Assembly: GCA_043814765.1 (NCBI GenBank) | Contig: JBDRJQ010000029.1 | Coordinates: forward strand, 16,821 to 80,820 | Source of the DNA: Nanobdellota archaeon | Lineage (GTDB): Archaea; Aenigmatarchaeota; Aenigmatarchaeia; QMZP01 | Reading direction: 5' to 3' | DNA: 64,000 bases | Shown here: in pieces, positions 36,222-44,535 of the stretch | Layout of the letters: the number at the start of each line of letters is the position of its first letter | Position numbering within the stretch: the stretch's first letter is position 1 | The notes under the pieces: generated by a model | Told to the model about the DNA's origin: nothing | Seen by the model: the letters and a program-made list of their open reading frames with translations, nothing else | The model's database searches: none | Translations under genes and position numbers: made by a program

Positions 36222-36500
36222 ATGAATCCGAAGGATATAGTAAAACACGAACTGATTGGTTTACATGTAGAGGTAGTTGATTCCACAGATCCAAGCATGG
36301 TTGGATTAGACGGTCGTGTAATAGATGAGACTAGAAACACTCTAATCATAGAAAAGGAAGACGGCTCTGCAAAAACCATTGTAAAAGAGAACTGTACACT
36401 CAGTTTTGAATATGAAGCTGGTAAAAGAGTCAAAGTTGTGGGTAAATTGCTCGTGGCTAGGTCAGAAGACAGGATAAAGAAAAAACTGAAAAAATGGTAA
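36222..36500 (+). CDS. rnp1: RNase P protein component 1 (Rpp29/Pop4)
   Basis: HELIGLHVEVVDSTDPSMVGLDGRVIDETRNTLII pattern, at the canonical position upstream of S17. Confidence 0.8.
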   Translation: MNPKDIVKHELIGLHVEVVDSTDPSMVGLDGRVIDETRNTLIIEKEDGSAKTIVKENCTLSFEYEAGKRVKVVGKLLVARSEDRIKKKLKKW

Positions 36501-36584
36501 ATGGCTCTGTTTTAGCTTGTTTTTGAAAATGTTTATATATTTATTAATTAATATAGCAACTTATAGTTACTGTAACATGATATT

Positions 36585-36911
36585 ATGAAAAAATCAATAG
36601 GGGTGAGGCTAGAACCTCCAAAGGAAACTTGTAATGATTCGCACTGTGCTTGGCATGGTCAGTTAGCTGTAAGAGGAAAGGTTTTTAGTGGTGTTGTTAA
36701 ATCTGACAAAACTAAAAATACTTCGGTTGTTGAATGGAAATATCACAAAAAAATACAAAAATATGACAGATATGAGAGAAGAAAATCACGAGTAACTGCA
36801 CACAAACCCGATTGCATGAAGGCTAAAGAAGGTGACAGGGTTGTAATAGCTGAATGCAGACCACTTTCAAAGACAAAACATTTCGTCGTGGTTGCTGTTG
36901 TAAAGGAGTAA
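36585..36911 (+). CDS. rps17: 30S ribosomal protein S17 (uS17)
   Basis: GVVKSDKTKNTSVVEW.....KYDRYERR.SRV.AH....AKEGDRVVIAECRPLSKTK pattern. Confidence 0.9.
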   Translation: MKKSIGVRLEPPKETCNDSHCAWHGQLAVRGKVFSGVVKSDKTKNTSVVEWKYHKKIQKYDRYERRKSRVTAHKPDCMKAKEGDRVVIAECRPLSKTKHFVVVAVVKE

Positions 36912-36915
36912 TCAT

Positions 36916-37314
36916 ATGAAAGCGCTGCAAACCAAACCCATAAAGTCGTTGCCTGTGGGCGCACGCCTTAACTGTATCGACAACAGTGGTGCAAAAATTC
37001 TGGAGATAATTGCTGTTCGCGGACACAAGGGCACTAGAAGGAGCAAACCAAAAGCTGGCGTAGCGAATATTGTAATGTGCAAGGTAATAAAAGGTAATGA
37101 GAAGGTAAGACATCAGGTTTTCAAGGCTGTCATAGTGAGACAGAAAAAGGAGTACAAACGACTGAATGGCATGCGAATAAGATTTGAAGATAATGCAGCT
37201 ATTTTGGTTGACGATAAGTTTGAAGCAAAGGGAACTGTTATAAAAGGTCCTGTTGCAAAGGAATCTGTTGAAAGATTTCCTGTAATAGGAAAAATAGCCA
37301 ATATTGTTGTTTAG
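36916..37314 (+). CDS. rpl14: 50S ribosomal protein L14 (uL14)
   Basis: LNCIDNSGAK...IRFEDNAAILV...GTVIKGPVAKE blocks. Confidence 0.95.
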   Translation: MKALQTKPIKSLPVGARLNCIDNSGAKILEIIAVRGHKGTRRSKPKAGVANIVMCKVIKGNEKVRHQVFKAVIVRQKKEYKRLNGMRIRFEDNAAILVDDKFEAKGTVIKGPVAKESVERFPVIGKIANIVV

Positions 37315-37325
37315 ATGGTGATAAA

Positions 37326-37652
37326 ATGGAAAATGTATCATTTGACGAGTGGCAGAAGATGGATGTAAGAGTAGCAAAAATAGAGTCGGCAGAAAGGATT
37401 GAAGGCGCTGATAAACTTCTAAAGCTTGTTGTTAGTTTAGGCAAAGAAAAAAGGGATTTGGTAGCTGGCATAGCAGAATTCTATGCATCTGAAGAGCTTG
37501 TAGGCAAGACAATTCCTATTCTCACAAATCTTGAACCGAAACAGTTCAAGGGCGTAACAAGTCATGGTATGATTCTGGCAATAGAACATAAAGGAAAAGC
37601 TGTTTTAATGTTGCCTGATAAGGATGTTAAAGAAGGAAGTAAAGTAATGTAG
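37326..37652 (+). CDS. Stand-alone tRNA-binding domain protein (Trbp111/CsaA/MetRS C-terminal-like OB fold)
   Basis: The pattern DVRVAKIESAERIEGADKLLKLVVSLG...RDLVAGIAEFY..EELVGKTIPILTNLEPKQFKGVTSHGMILA is typical of the family. Confidence 0.85.
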   Translation: MENVSFDEWQKMDVRVAKIESAERIEGADKLLKLVVSLGKEKRDLVAGIAEFYASEELVGKTIPILTNLEPKQFKGVTSHGMILAIEHKGKAVLMLPDKDVKEGSKVM

Positions 37653-37659
37653 GTGTTAT

Positions 37660-38148
37660 ATGAAAAAAGCATGGTCAACTAGTTGGGTGAGCAGCAAGCA
37701 ACCAAGAAAGCAGAGAAAATATAGATATAATGCTCCTATGCATGTAAGACAAAGCTTTGTTTCTGTTCATCTTTCACCTTCTCTAAGAAGTCAATTCAAA
37801 ACTCGTTCTGTTCCTGCAAGGAAGGGTGACGAATTAAGAATTATGGATGGATCGTTTAAAGGGAAGACAGGAAGTGTTGAAAAAGTCAATCTTAAAAAAT
37901 GTAAAATTTATGTTGATAACATAAAAATCAAAAAAGGAGACGGTTCTGAAGTGATGAAAGCTCTTGAACCGTCAAATCTGATGATAACTAAATTGAACAT
38001 GGATGATAAATTAAGACAAAAATCATTGAATAGGAAACGCCTGAAAGGTAAAAAACCTTTAGAAAAACCTAAAGAAAGTGTTTTAGAAAAACCAGCAAAG
38101 AAAACTGTTAAAAGTGTTGTAAAGCATAAAAAGGATTCTGGCAAGTGA
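37660..38148 (+). CDS. rpl24: 50S ribosomal protein L24 (uL24) with a Lys-rich C-terminal extension
   Basis: KQRKYRYNAPMHVR and the KOW motif RKGDELRIMDGSFKGKTGSV. Confidence 0.9.
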   Translation: MKKAWSTSWVSSKQPRKQRKYRYNAPMHVRQSFVSVHLSPSLRSQFKTRSVPARKGDELRIMDGSFKGKTGSVEKVNLKKCKIYVDNIKIKKGDGSEVMKALEPSNLMITKLNMDDKLRQKSLNRKRLKGKKPLEKPKESVLEKPAKKTVKSVVKHKKDSGK

Positions 38149-38153
38149 TGATT

Positions 38154-38837
38154 ATGGCTCATTTAAAAAGATACTCAATGCCGAACATATGGCCCCTTTC
38201 CGTTAAGGATAAGGTTTGGGTAGGCAAACCTATGCCTGGTACACATAGAAAAGACAAGTGCATAACAATGAGCATACTAGTCAGAAACATTTTAAAATAT
38301 GGAGATAGCGCAAAGGAAACTAAAAAATTAATAGGTGAAGGAAAAATTCTAGTTGATAAGATTCCTAGAAAAGAACCTAATTTCCCTTTAGGTTTTATGG
38401 ATATTATTGAAATTCCTGAGATTAAAGATTATTTCAGGGTTAACATAAATAACAAAGGCTTGGTTTTAGAGAAGATAAATTCTGCTGATTCTGAAAAAAA
38501 GATGTGCATAATTCTAGACAAAACCATAATCAAAGGTGGAAAATGTCAATTAAATCTGCATGATGGAAAAAATCTCATAGTTGATAAACCAAAAACTTAT
38601 AAAACCGGTGACACTGTAATAATAGATTTGACCAGTAAAAAAATAATCAAACACTTCCAGTTGAATAAAAACGCATCAGCTCTAATAATTGATGGTAGAA
38701 ACAGAGGATTAACAGGAAAAATAAAGGAGATAAAGGAAAGAGGAAGTGTACAAGAAAAGGCTAGCATTATCATGAATATTAAGGGGAAGGAAATAGAAAC
38801 TCTTAAAAAATATGTTATGGTTGGTGATTTCGCATGA
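38154..38837 (+). CDS. rps4e: 30S ribosomal protein S4e (eS4)
   Basis: MAHLKRYSMPNIWPL and the KOW-like GRNRGLTGKIKEI. The alternative in-frame starts at 38145 (GTG) and 38148 (ATG) cannot be excluded. Confidence 0.9.
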   Translation: MAHLKRYSMPNIWPLSVKDKVWVGKPMPGTHRKDKCITMSILVRNILKYGDSAKETKKLIGEGKILVDKIPRKEPNFPLGFMDIIEIPEIKDYFRVNINNKGLVLEKINSADSEKKMCIILDKTIIKGGKCQLNLHDGKNLIVDKPKTYKTGDTVIIDLTSKKIIKHFQLNKNASALIIDGRNRGLTGKIKEIKERGSVQEKASIIMNIKGKEIETLKKYVMVGDFA

Positions 38838-39358
38838 AAACAGAAAATCCCATGAAGCAGATAAAAATTGAAAAAATCACTATCAATCGAGGTGTAGGAG
38901 AAGCAGGACCTGGAATAGAGAAAGCACAAAAAATGCTTCAAATGATTACAGGAAACAAGAAAGTTGTTGTAACAAAAACTCATAAAAGAAACACGTTTGG
39001 TGTTGCAAAAGGCAGACCTATAGGAGTAAAGACAACCGTAAGAGGAAAGGATGCAAAAGTTTTGCTGGAAAAACTTCTAGGTGAATCAGAAAAAATGATA
39101 AAACCTTCATCTTTTGACAATCAAGGCAACTTTTCATTCGGAATTCATGAGTACATAAACATACCAGGTGTGAGATACGATCCTGATATAGGTATTCTTG
39201 GCATGGATGTATGTGTTACACTAGAAAGGCCTGGATTTAGAGTTAAAAAACGTAGATTAAAGAATAAAATAGGCAGATCTCATAGAATAACAAAAGAGGA
39301 ATCAATCGAGTTTGCAAAAAAGGAACTCGGTGTTAAACTTATAGAGGATAAGGAATGA
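38834..39358 (+). CDS. rpl5: 50S ribosomal protein L5 (uL5)
   Basis: [21 protein letters not shown] and [24 protein letters not shown] blocks. Confidence 0.95.
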   Translation: MKTENPMKQIKIEKITINRGVGEAGPGIEKAQKMLQMITGNKKVVVTKTHKRNTFGVAKGRPIGVKTTVRGKDAKVLLEKLLGESEKMIKPSSFDNQGNFSFGIHEYINIPGVRYDPDIGILGMDVCVTLERPGFRVKKRRLKNKIGRSHRITKEESIEFAKKELGVKLIEDKE

Positions 39359-39576
39359 GTTACGAAAGAGTTAGAAAACAGATAGAGAATAAGCCTGAAA
39401 AACTGGCTAGATTTGAAAAATTCAATAAAGCCAGGGATAGAAAATTCGGGAAAGGTACGTTTAAATGTAGAAAATGCAATAGACATGGTGGCATAGTCAG
39501 AAAATACGGACTTTTCTACTGCAGACAGTGTTTTAGAGAAGAAGCTGAGAATATTGGCTTCAAAAAATATTCATAG
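39355..39576 (+). CDS. rps14: 30S ribosomal protein S14 (uS14, zinc type)
   Basis: [25 protein letters not shown]. Confidence 0.9.
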   Translation: MSYERVRKQIENKPEKLARFEKFNKARDRKFGKGTFKCRKCNRHGGIVRKYGLFYCRQCFREEAENIGFKKYS

Positions 39577-39586
39577 GTGGATTGAT

Positions 39587-39973
39587 ATGAAACATGATTT
39601 GGTCGCAGACATGTTCTGCAATATAAAGAATGCGGAGAATATAGGTAAGAAAGAATGCCTTACACCTGCCTCTAAAACTATAGAATCTATTCTAGCTATA
39701 ATGAAGAAAGGTAATTATATTGGTGATTTTGAAAGAATAAAGGATGGTAAAGGTGATAGATTTAAAATCAATCTTTTAGGAAAGATAAACAATTGCAATG
39801 TCATAAAACCGAGATTTTCTATTAAAAAAAACGATTTCATAAAATGGGAAAAGAAATTCCTGCCTGCTAACAGCATAGGAATTCTTATTTTAACAACATC
39901 CGCTGGCGTAATGAATCAGAAAGAATCTATGGATGGAAATATTGGCGGCAAACTTTTAGGTTTTGTTTATTGA
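39587..39973 (+). CDS. rps8: 30S ribosomal protein S8 (uS8)
   Basis: DLVADMFCNIKNAENIGKKEC...GILILTTSAGVM pattern. The start was set at the ATG with upstream GGTGG. Confidence 0.9.
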   Translation: MKHDLVADMFCNIKNAENIGKKECLTPASKTIESILAIMKKGNYIGDFERIKDGKGDRFKINLLGKINNCNVIKPRFSIKKNDFIKWEKKFLPANSIGILILTTSAGVMNQKESMDGNIGGKLLGFVY

Positions 39974-39980
39974 GGTTGAC

Positions 39981-40241
39981 ATGAGCGAGAAAGATATCAA
40001 AAATGCAATAAAAGAGAAGAAAATTGAAATTGGCAGCAAAAGCGTGATTAACGGTCTCAAAAACAGCCTTTTGGCAACTGTTTTCTATGCTGACAACTGT
40101 CCAGAAACAGTATTAAATCAATTAAATCATTATTCTAAGGTTTCAAACATAGCAATTAAAAAGTTTAATGGTAATTCAGAAGTGCTCGGTGAGCTATGCG
40201 CAAAACCATTTAATATACTAATGGTCGGCATAAAAAAGTAG
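39981..40241 (+). CDS. rpl30e: 50S ribosomal protein L30e (eL30)
   Basis: GSKSVINGLKNS.....YADNCPE......YSKVSNI.I..F.G.S.VLGELCAKPFNILMVGI pattern. Confidence 0.85.
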   Translation: MSEKDIKNAIKEKKIEIGSKSVINGLKNSLLATVFYADNCPETVLNQLNHYSKVSNIAIKKFNGNSEVLGELCAKPFNILMVGIKK

Positions 40242-40285
40242 AAGACTTAAATAAAATCATGTACAATTAAAACTAGTGGGATACG

Positions 40286-40690
40286 ATGAGTGTTAAACTT
40301 AAAACAGATGATATAAGAACTATTGCAGTTTTTGAAAATATGACAAAGGTTCACGCAAAGGATTGTATTATAACAGACGATTGTGTGTATTTTCTTGTTG
40401 ACCAGAAAAAAATTGGCCTGGCTATAGGTAAGAACGGTGTAATTGTAAGAGAGGTTAGAAATGCTCTCGGAAAGCCAATAAAAATATTTGCTTATTCCAG
40501 TAACCCAAAAGAGCTTATCAGCAACATGATACCCAACATAAAGAATCTTGATTTTAGCGGCGACTCAATGACAATAACAATTCCAGCTGAGGAAAAGATG
40601 GGGGCTATAGGAAAAAACGGAAAAAACATTAAAATTATAAAATCTATCATGGAAAGGCATTTTAACATAAAGAACGTTAAAATAAGATAA
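40286..40690 (+). CDS. nusA: Archaeal NusA-like protein (two KH domains)
   Basis: IGLAIGKNGVIVREVRNALG and MGAIGKNGKNIKIIKSI GxxG KH motifs. It follows L30e, as in the canonical cluster. Confidence 0.85.
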   Translation: MSVKLKTDDIRTIAVFENMTKVHAKDCIITDDCVYFLVDQKKIGLAIGKNGVIVREVRNALGKPIKIFAYSSNPKELISNMIPNIKNLDFSGDSMTITIPAEEKMGAIGKNGKNIKIIKSIMERHFNIKNVKIR

Positions 40691-40770
40691 AACGATTGTA
40701 AGCAAGACATAACTTTATAATTCATAATCTACAATAAAGTTTATAAACTAGAAAGATAATTGAGTTTGTT

Positions 40771-41544
40771 ATGAAAACAAAGATTCTATCCAAGAAAGGA
40801 GATCACTTGAGTTTTTTGCTGGAAGACACTACACCTGCTTTTGCAAACGCTCTTAGAAGAATAATGATTTCTGAAGTGCCAACAATGGCTGTAGAATGGG
40901 TTGATTTTCAAGACAACTCTTCAGCACTATTTGATGAAATAGTAGCGCACAGGTTGGGAATGTTACCTATAAAATTTAATTCAGACAAGTTCAATTTCAC
41001 AGAAGATTGTAAATGCAAGGGTAAGGGATGTCCTCTGTGTCAGGTTGTTTTTTCTGGAAATAAAGAAGGGCCTGGTATTATCTATTCAGGGGATATGAAA
41101 TCATCTAATTCCAGTGTTAAAATAACAGATCCTAATTTTCCTATCGTAGAACTATTGAAAGGTCAAAAAATTAAATTTAATGCTGTTGCACGCTTGGGTA
41201 TAGGTAAAAATCACATAAAGCATCAAGCTGCGAATGCCGCTTACAGATATTATCCTGAAATTGTGGCTGAAGGAAAGGACTGGAAAAAGTTTGTCAGCTC
41301 TTGCCACAGGGATCTAATAAAAGCAGGAACTCAGCCAAAACTCAGCGATCCTGTAAAGTGTAATCTCTGCAGGTCATGTGAGGAAATCAGCAATGGAGAG
41401 CTTCGTATTATAGGCAATGAAAACGCCTTCATATTCAATATTGAATCTGTTTCAGGTCTTACTCCTGCTGATATTGTAATAACCGCATCAAATATACTCG
41501 GTAATAAAACATCTGAATTTAAAAAGCTGGTTGCCAAATTATAA
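40771..41544 (+). CDS. rpoD: DNA-directed RNA polymerase subunit D (Rpo3)
   Basis: TPAFANALRRIMISEVPTMAVEWV and HRLGMLPI blocks. The Cys clusters are CKCKGKGCPLC and CNLCRSC. Confidence 0.9.
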   Translation: MKTKILSKKGDHLSFLLEDTTPAFANALRRIMISEVPTMAVEWVDFQDNSSALFDEIVAHRLGMLPIKFNSDKFNFTEDCKCKGKGCPLCQVVFSGNKEGPGIIYSGDMKSSNSSVKITDPNFPIVELLKGQKIKFNAVARLGIGKNHIKHQAANAAYRYYPEIVAEGKDWKKFVSSCHRDLIKAGTQPKLSDPVKCNLCRSCEEISNGELRIIGNENAFIFNIESVSGLTPADIVITASNILGNKTSEFKKLVAKL

Positions 41545-41560
41545 ATGTTTGGTGTAATTA

Positions 41561-41755
41561 ATGACTTCAAAGGCTATAACTTTTTGGATAATTGGAGCTT
41601 TGTTAATTTTTGCAGGTTCTTGGATAATAGGCAACCTCGAATTAACAGTTGGTGTTGACGTGGGTATTTACACCATAATGGCTGTAGTTTCGTTCCTTTT
41701 TATATTGATGGGCGGAATATGCTGGATATACGTAAGTAAAAGAGATATCAAATAA
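41561..41755 (+). CDS. Small membrane protein (64 aa, 2 TM)
   Basis: Two hydrophobic helices. It lies between rpoD and rps12. No family recognised. Confidence 0.4.
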   Translation: MTSKAITFWIIGALLIFAGSWIIGNLELTVGVDVGIYTIMAVVSFLFILMGGICWIYVSKRDIK

Positions 41756-41824
41756 ACCAACTTATTTATAAATATACTGTTTATATTGTATAGTTATACA
41801 ATCATTTCGAGATGGAGTAATTAC

Positions 41825-42250
41825 ATGCCAGGAGAATTCGCTGCACGAACTTTGAAGAAGAAAAGAAACAAGTTTAGATGGAAGTCTACGCCTCATAAGA
41901 TAAAAAAGATGAAGCTTTGGGCACTCAGGCCAATGAGAGGTGCTCCTCGTGCAAAAGCTATTGTTTTAAAGAAAAAGGGTATTGAGCAAAAACAGCCGCA
42001 CTCTGGTATAATAAAGGCAGTCCGTGTTCAGCTAATAAAAAATGGCATACATGTAACAGCTTTTGTGCCAAAAACAGGTGCCATAAAACACATAGATGAG
42101 CACGATGAAGTTACTATTGAAGGCATAGGCGGTTCTCAGGGCGGTGCAGTTGGTTCTATGCACGGCATTAAATATAAAGTAGTTGCTGTTAATGGTGTCT
42201 CTTTAAATGAGATATTAAAGGGTAAGAAGGAGAAACCAAAGGGTGCTTAA
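41825..42250 (+). CDS. rps12: 30S ribosomal protein S12 (uS12)
   Basis: [19 protein letters not shown]...VTAFVP..G......EHDEV.IEGIGG pattern. The ATG is preceded by GGAG. Confidence 0.95.
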   Translation: MPGEFAARTLKKKRNKFRWKSTPHKIKKMKLWALRPMRGAPRAKAIVLKKKGIEQKQPHSGIIKAVRVQLIKNGIHVTAFVPKTGAIKHIDEHDEVTIEGIGGSQGGAVGSMHGIKYKVVAVNGVSLNEILKGKKEKPKGA

Positions 42251-42251
42251 T

Positions 42252-42848
42252 ATGACTGATATTCTTTTGTTCAATAAATGGAACTTGACTGATGTAAAAG
42301 TCGAGGATCCAGGACTAGTTAGCTACATAAATTTAAGACCTGTTATTGTTCCAAAATCTAGCGGAAAGTACTCCGCAGGCATGCACAAAAACAAGATGAA
42401 TATTGTTGAGCGCTTCATAAACAGACTGATGGTTCCTGGCCATAGAGGAAAGAAACACAAGATAACTTCTGGTCATTCACCGGCAAGTTACAACGCTATA
42501 TATCTTTCTGTAAAGGATGCTTTTGACATAATAGAGAGAAAAACCAAGAAAAATCCTGTTCAGGTTCTCGTCAGTGCTGTTGAAAATTCAGCTATGATGG
42601 AAGAAGTTGCTTCTTACAGACTTGGTGGAACAATAGCGAGAAAAGCAGTTGTATGTACTCCACAGAGAAGAGTAGATCTTGCTCTAAGATACCTAACACA
42701 AGGCATTTTCAAAGTAACATTCAAGAATAGGAAATCATTTGCGAATGTTATAGCTGATGAATTGATTACCGCATCAAACAACGACAGCAAGAACTTCGCC
42801 ATCTCTGAAAGAAACAGGCTGGAAAAGGAAGCAGAAGGTGCAAGATAG
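42252..42848 (+). CDS. rps7: 30S ribosomal protein S7 (uS7)
   Basis: LLFNKWNL..V.V.DPGL..YI and ERFINRLM...H.GKK blocks, with C-terminal NRLEKEAEGAR. Confidence 0.95.
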   Translation: MTDILLFNKWNLTDVKVEDPGLVSYINLRPVIVPKSSGKYSAGMHKNKMNIVERFINRLMVPGHRGKKHKITSGHSPASYNAIYLSVKDAFDIIERKTKKNPVQVLVSAVENSAMMEEVASYRLGGTIARKAVVCTPQRRVDLALRYLTQGIFKVTFKNRKSFANVIADELITASNNDSKNFAISERNRLEKEAEGAR

Positions 42849-42914
42849 AAAGCGCAAGATAAAGTCCACAAGATATATATGTGTTTATTTCTAATAATAT
42901 AATATCATTCAAAG

Positions 42915-43598
42915 GTGGATAAAATCAAAAAAACATTTTTCATTTCAGGAATATTGGTTTTGTTATTCTTTTTTGTAATCGGCAGTGTTTCTGCAGTTCA
43001 GGATGACCTATGCGACACATCCAACCCGGAAGGGTATGGCTGCATGCGCTTTGAATGGATATGCTGGGATGCACCTTTTATTAATATATTCATAGATACA
43101 ACTTGCTATAGCAGTAATCTTAATCCATATAAGTTTCCGTATCCAGATTCAGATTGTGAAGACCTAGAACCTTTTTGGTGTTATAATGATAAGGGAGTAG
43201 CGACGCACCTAGCGCGCATATACGTTGATTGCGCTGATTGTGATGTCATTAAAGGGTGCTGTTACAACATAACAAAACCATATAATCACTTAATTTTAAT
43301 TGGGATTTTAACTGAAGAAGAATGCTATGAAAACGACATATATGATGAATATTACTGGGACAAAGATTGTATGAGGGGGTATAATGATTTTTGGCCACTT
43401 GTTGCTAGGGCTGTTTCACGCTCAGGAGAGCCTGCCGTTTCTCCTGCATCAGGCCGAAGCATGGGACCTTTCATTGATGCGCTTCCGCAGATAAGCGTCA
43501 TCGTCATTGCAGCGCTTGCGTGCTTGTTTGTCTATGTGATGACGGCTGGAAAGTTCATAAAGCGCAGAACCAAAAAGAAGGGTAAAAGGAAGAAGTAA
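42915..43598 (+). CDS. Cys-rich secreted, C-terminally anchored protein (GCCY family, paralog 1)
   Basis: GTG start and a signal peptide ending SVSA/VQDD. It has the IKGCCY...TEEEC motif. The C-terminus is GPFIDALPQ, a TM helix and a KRRTKKKGKRKK tail. Confidence 0.8.
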   Translation: MDKIKKTFFISGILVLLFFFVIGSVSAVQDDLCDTSNPEGYGCMRFEWICWDAPFINIFIDTTCYSSNLNPYKFPYPDSDCEDLEPFWCYNDKGVATHLARIYVDCADCDVIKGCCYNITKPYNHLILIGILTEEECYENDIYDEYYWDKDCMRGYNDFWPLVARAVSRSGEPAVSPASGRSMGPFIDALPQISVIVIAALACLFVYVMTAGKFIKRRTKKKGKRKK

Positions 43599-43654
43599 GT
43601 TTTATTTTTCATCTGGGAAAAGGTAATATATTCGCGCGCACCAATTATTAAGCA

Positions 43655-44518
43655 ATGAAAAATATTCTTTTCGCAGGGATTTTATTCATATTTGCATTTT
43701 CTATAATCGGCAGTGTTTCTGCAGTTCAAGATGACCCGTGCGATACATCCAACCCGGAAGGGTATGGCTGCATGCGCCTTGAGTGGATATGCTGGGATGC
43801 ACCTTTTATTAATATATTTATAGATACAACTTGCTATAGCAGTCGTCTTGGTCCAGACGCGTTGAAAGGTATTGGGCATCCAGATTCAGACTGCAAAAAC
43901 CTAACACCTCTTATGTGTTACAATGATAACGGAGTAGCGACACACCAAGCGCGCATGTATCTTGATTGTGATGATTGCGAAGTCATTAAAGGGTGCTGTT
44001 ACGGCAAAGAGCCAGGATTTTACCCACGTTTTATTGGGTTTACAACTGAAGAAAAATGCAGAGACTTCGGAGAATACTATTCCTGGAGCAAAGATTGCAA
44101 AGGAGCTGACTGCTTTCAATATTCTCTTTGTGAAAGTGATGATGTTATAGTATACGGAGATGAAAATTGCATAAAACATTATGTAAGTTGTTCAGAGATA
44201 GCTGAAGGCGTTGATTCACCACATTGTGAACAAATAACCGGTAATAGTGCAGAATGCCGATGTGATCCAGGTATTTACAAAACAGCTGACAGCGAAGAAA
44301 TAAGAATTGGATTTGATTGTAGAAGGGTTCCTATCTTACGATCTTTGCCGCGGCCCATTTCACCAACATCGGGCTGGGGTGTAGGACCGTTTATTGATGC
44401 GCTTCCGCAGATAAGCATCATCGTCATAGCGGCGCTTGCATGCTTGTTTGTCTATGTTATGACGACTGGAAAGTTTGTAAAGCGTCATACCAAAAGGAAG
44501 GGCAAAAGGAAGAAGTAA
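43655..44518 (+). CDS. Cys-rich secreted, C-terminally anchored protein (GCCY family, paralog 2)
   Basis: It has the same signal peptide and N-terminal domain as ORF 42915, by my count about 95% nt identity between 43706-43844 and 42978-43116. The anchor is also shared. It carries an extra Cys-rich insert of about 60 aa. Confidence 0.8.
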   Translation: MKNILFAGILFIFAFSIIGSVSAVQDDPCDTSNPEGYGCMRLEWICWDAPFINIFIDTTCYSSRLGPDALKGIGHPDSDCKNLTPLMCYNDNGVATHQARMYLDCDDCEVIKGCCYGKEPGFYPRFIGFTTEEKCRDFGEYYSWSKDCKGADCFQYSLCESDDVIVYGDENCIKHYVSCSEIAEGVDSPHCEQITGNSAECRCDPGIYKTADSEEIRIGFDCRRVPILRSLPRPISPTSGWGVGPFIDALPQISIIVIAALACLFVYVMTTGKFVKRHTKRKGKRKK

Positions 44519-44535
44519 AGTTTTAAATGGAAGGT

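Noticed and set aside
36823-37377. 184-aa minus-strand ORF across rps17 and rpl14
   Set aside because: It is antisense to two highly conserved r-protein genes and has low-complexity composition.
42915-44518. A diversity-generating retroelement target in the variable Cys-rich paralogs
   Set aside because: The window has no reverse transcriptase and no template/variable repeat pair with adenine-specific mismatches.
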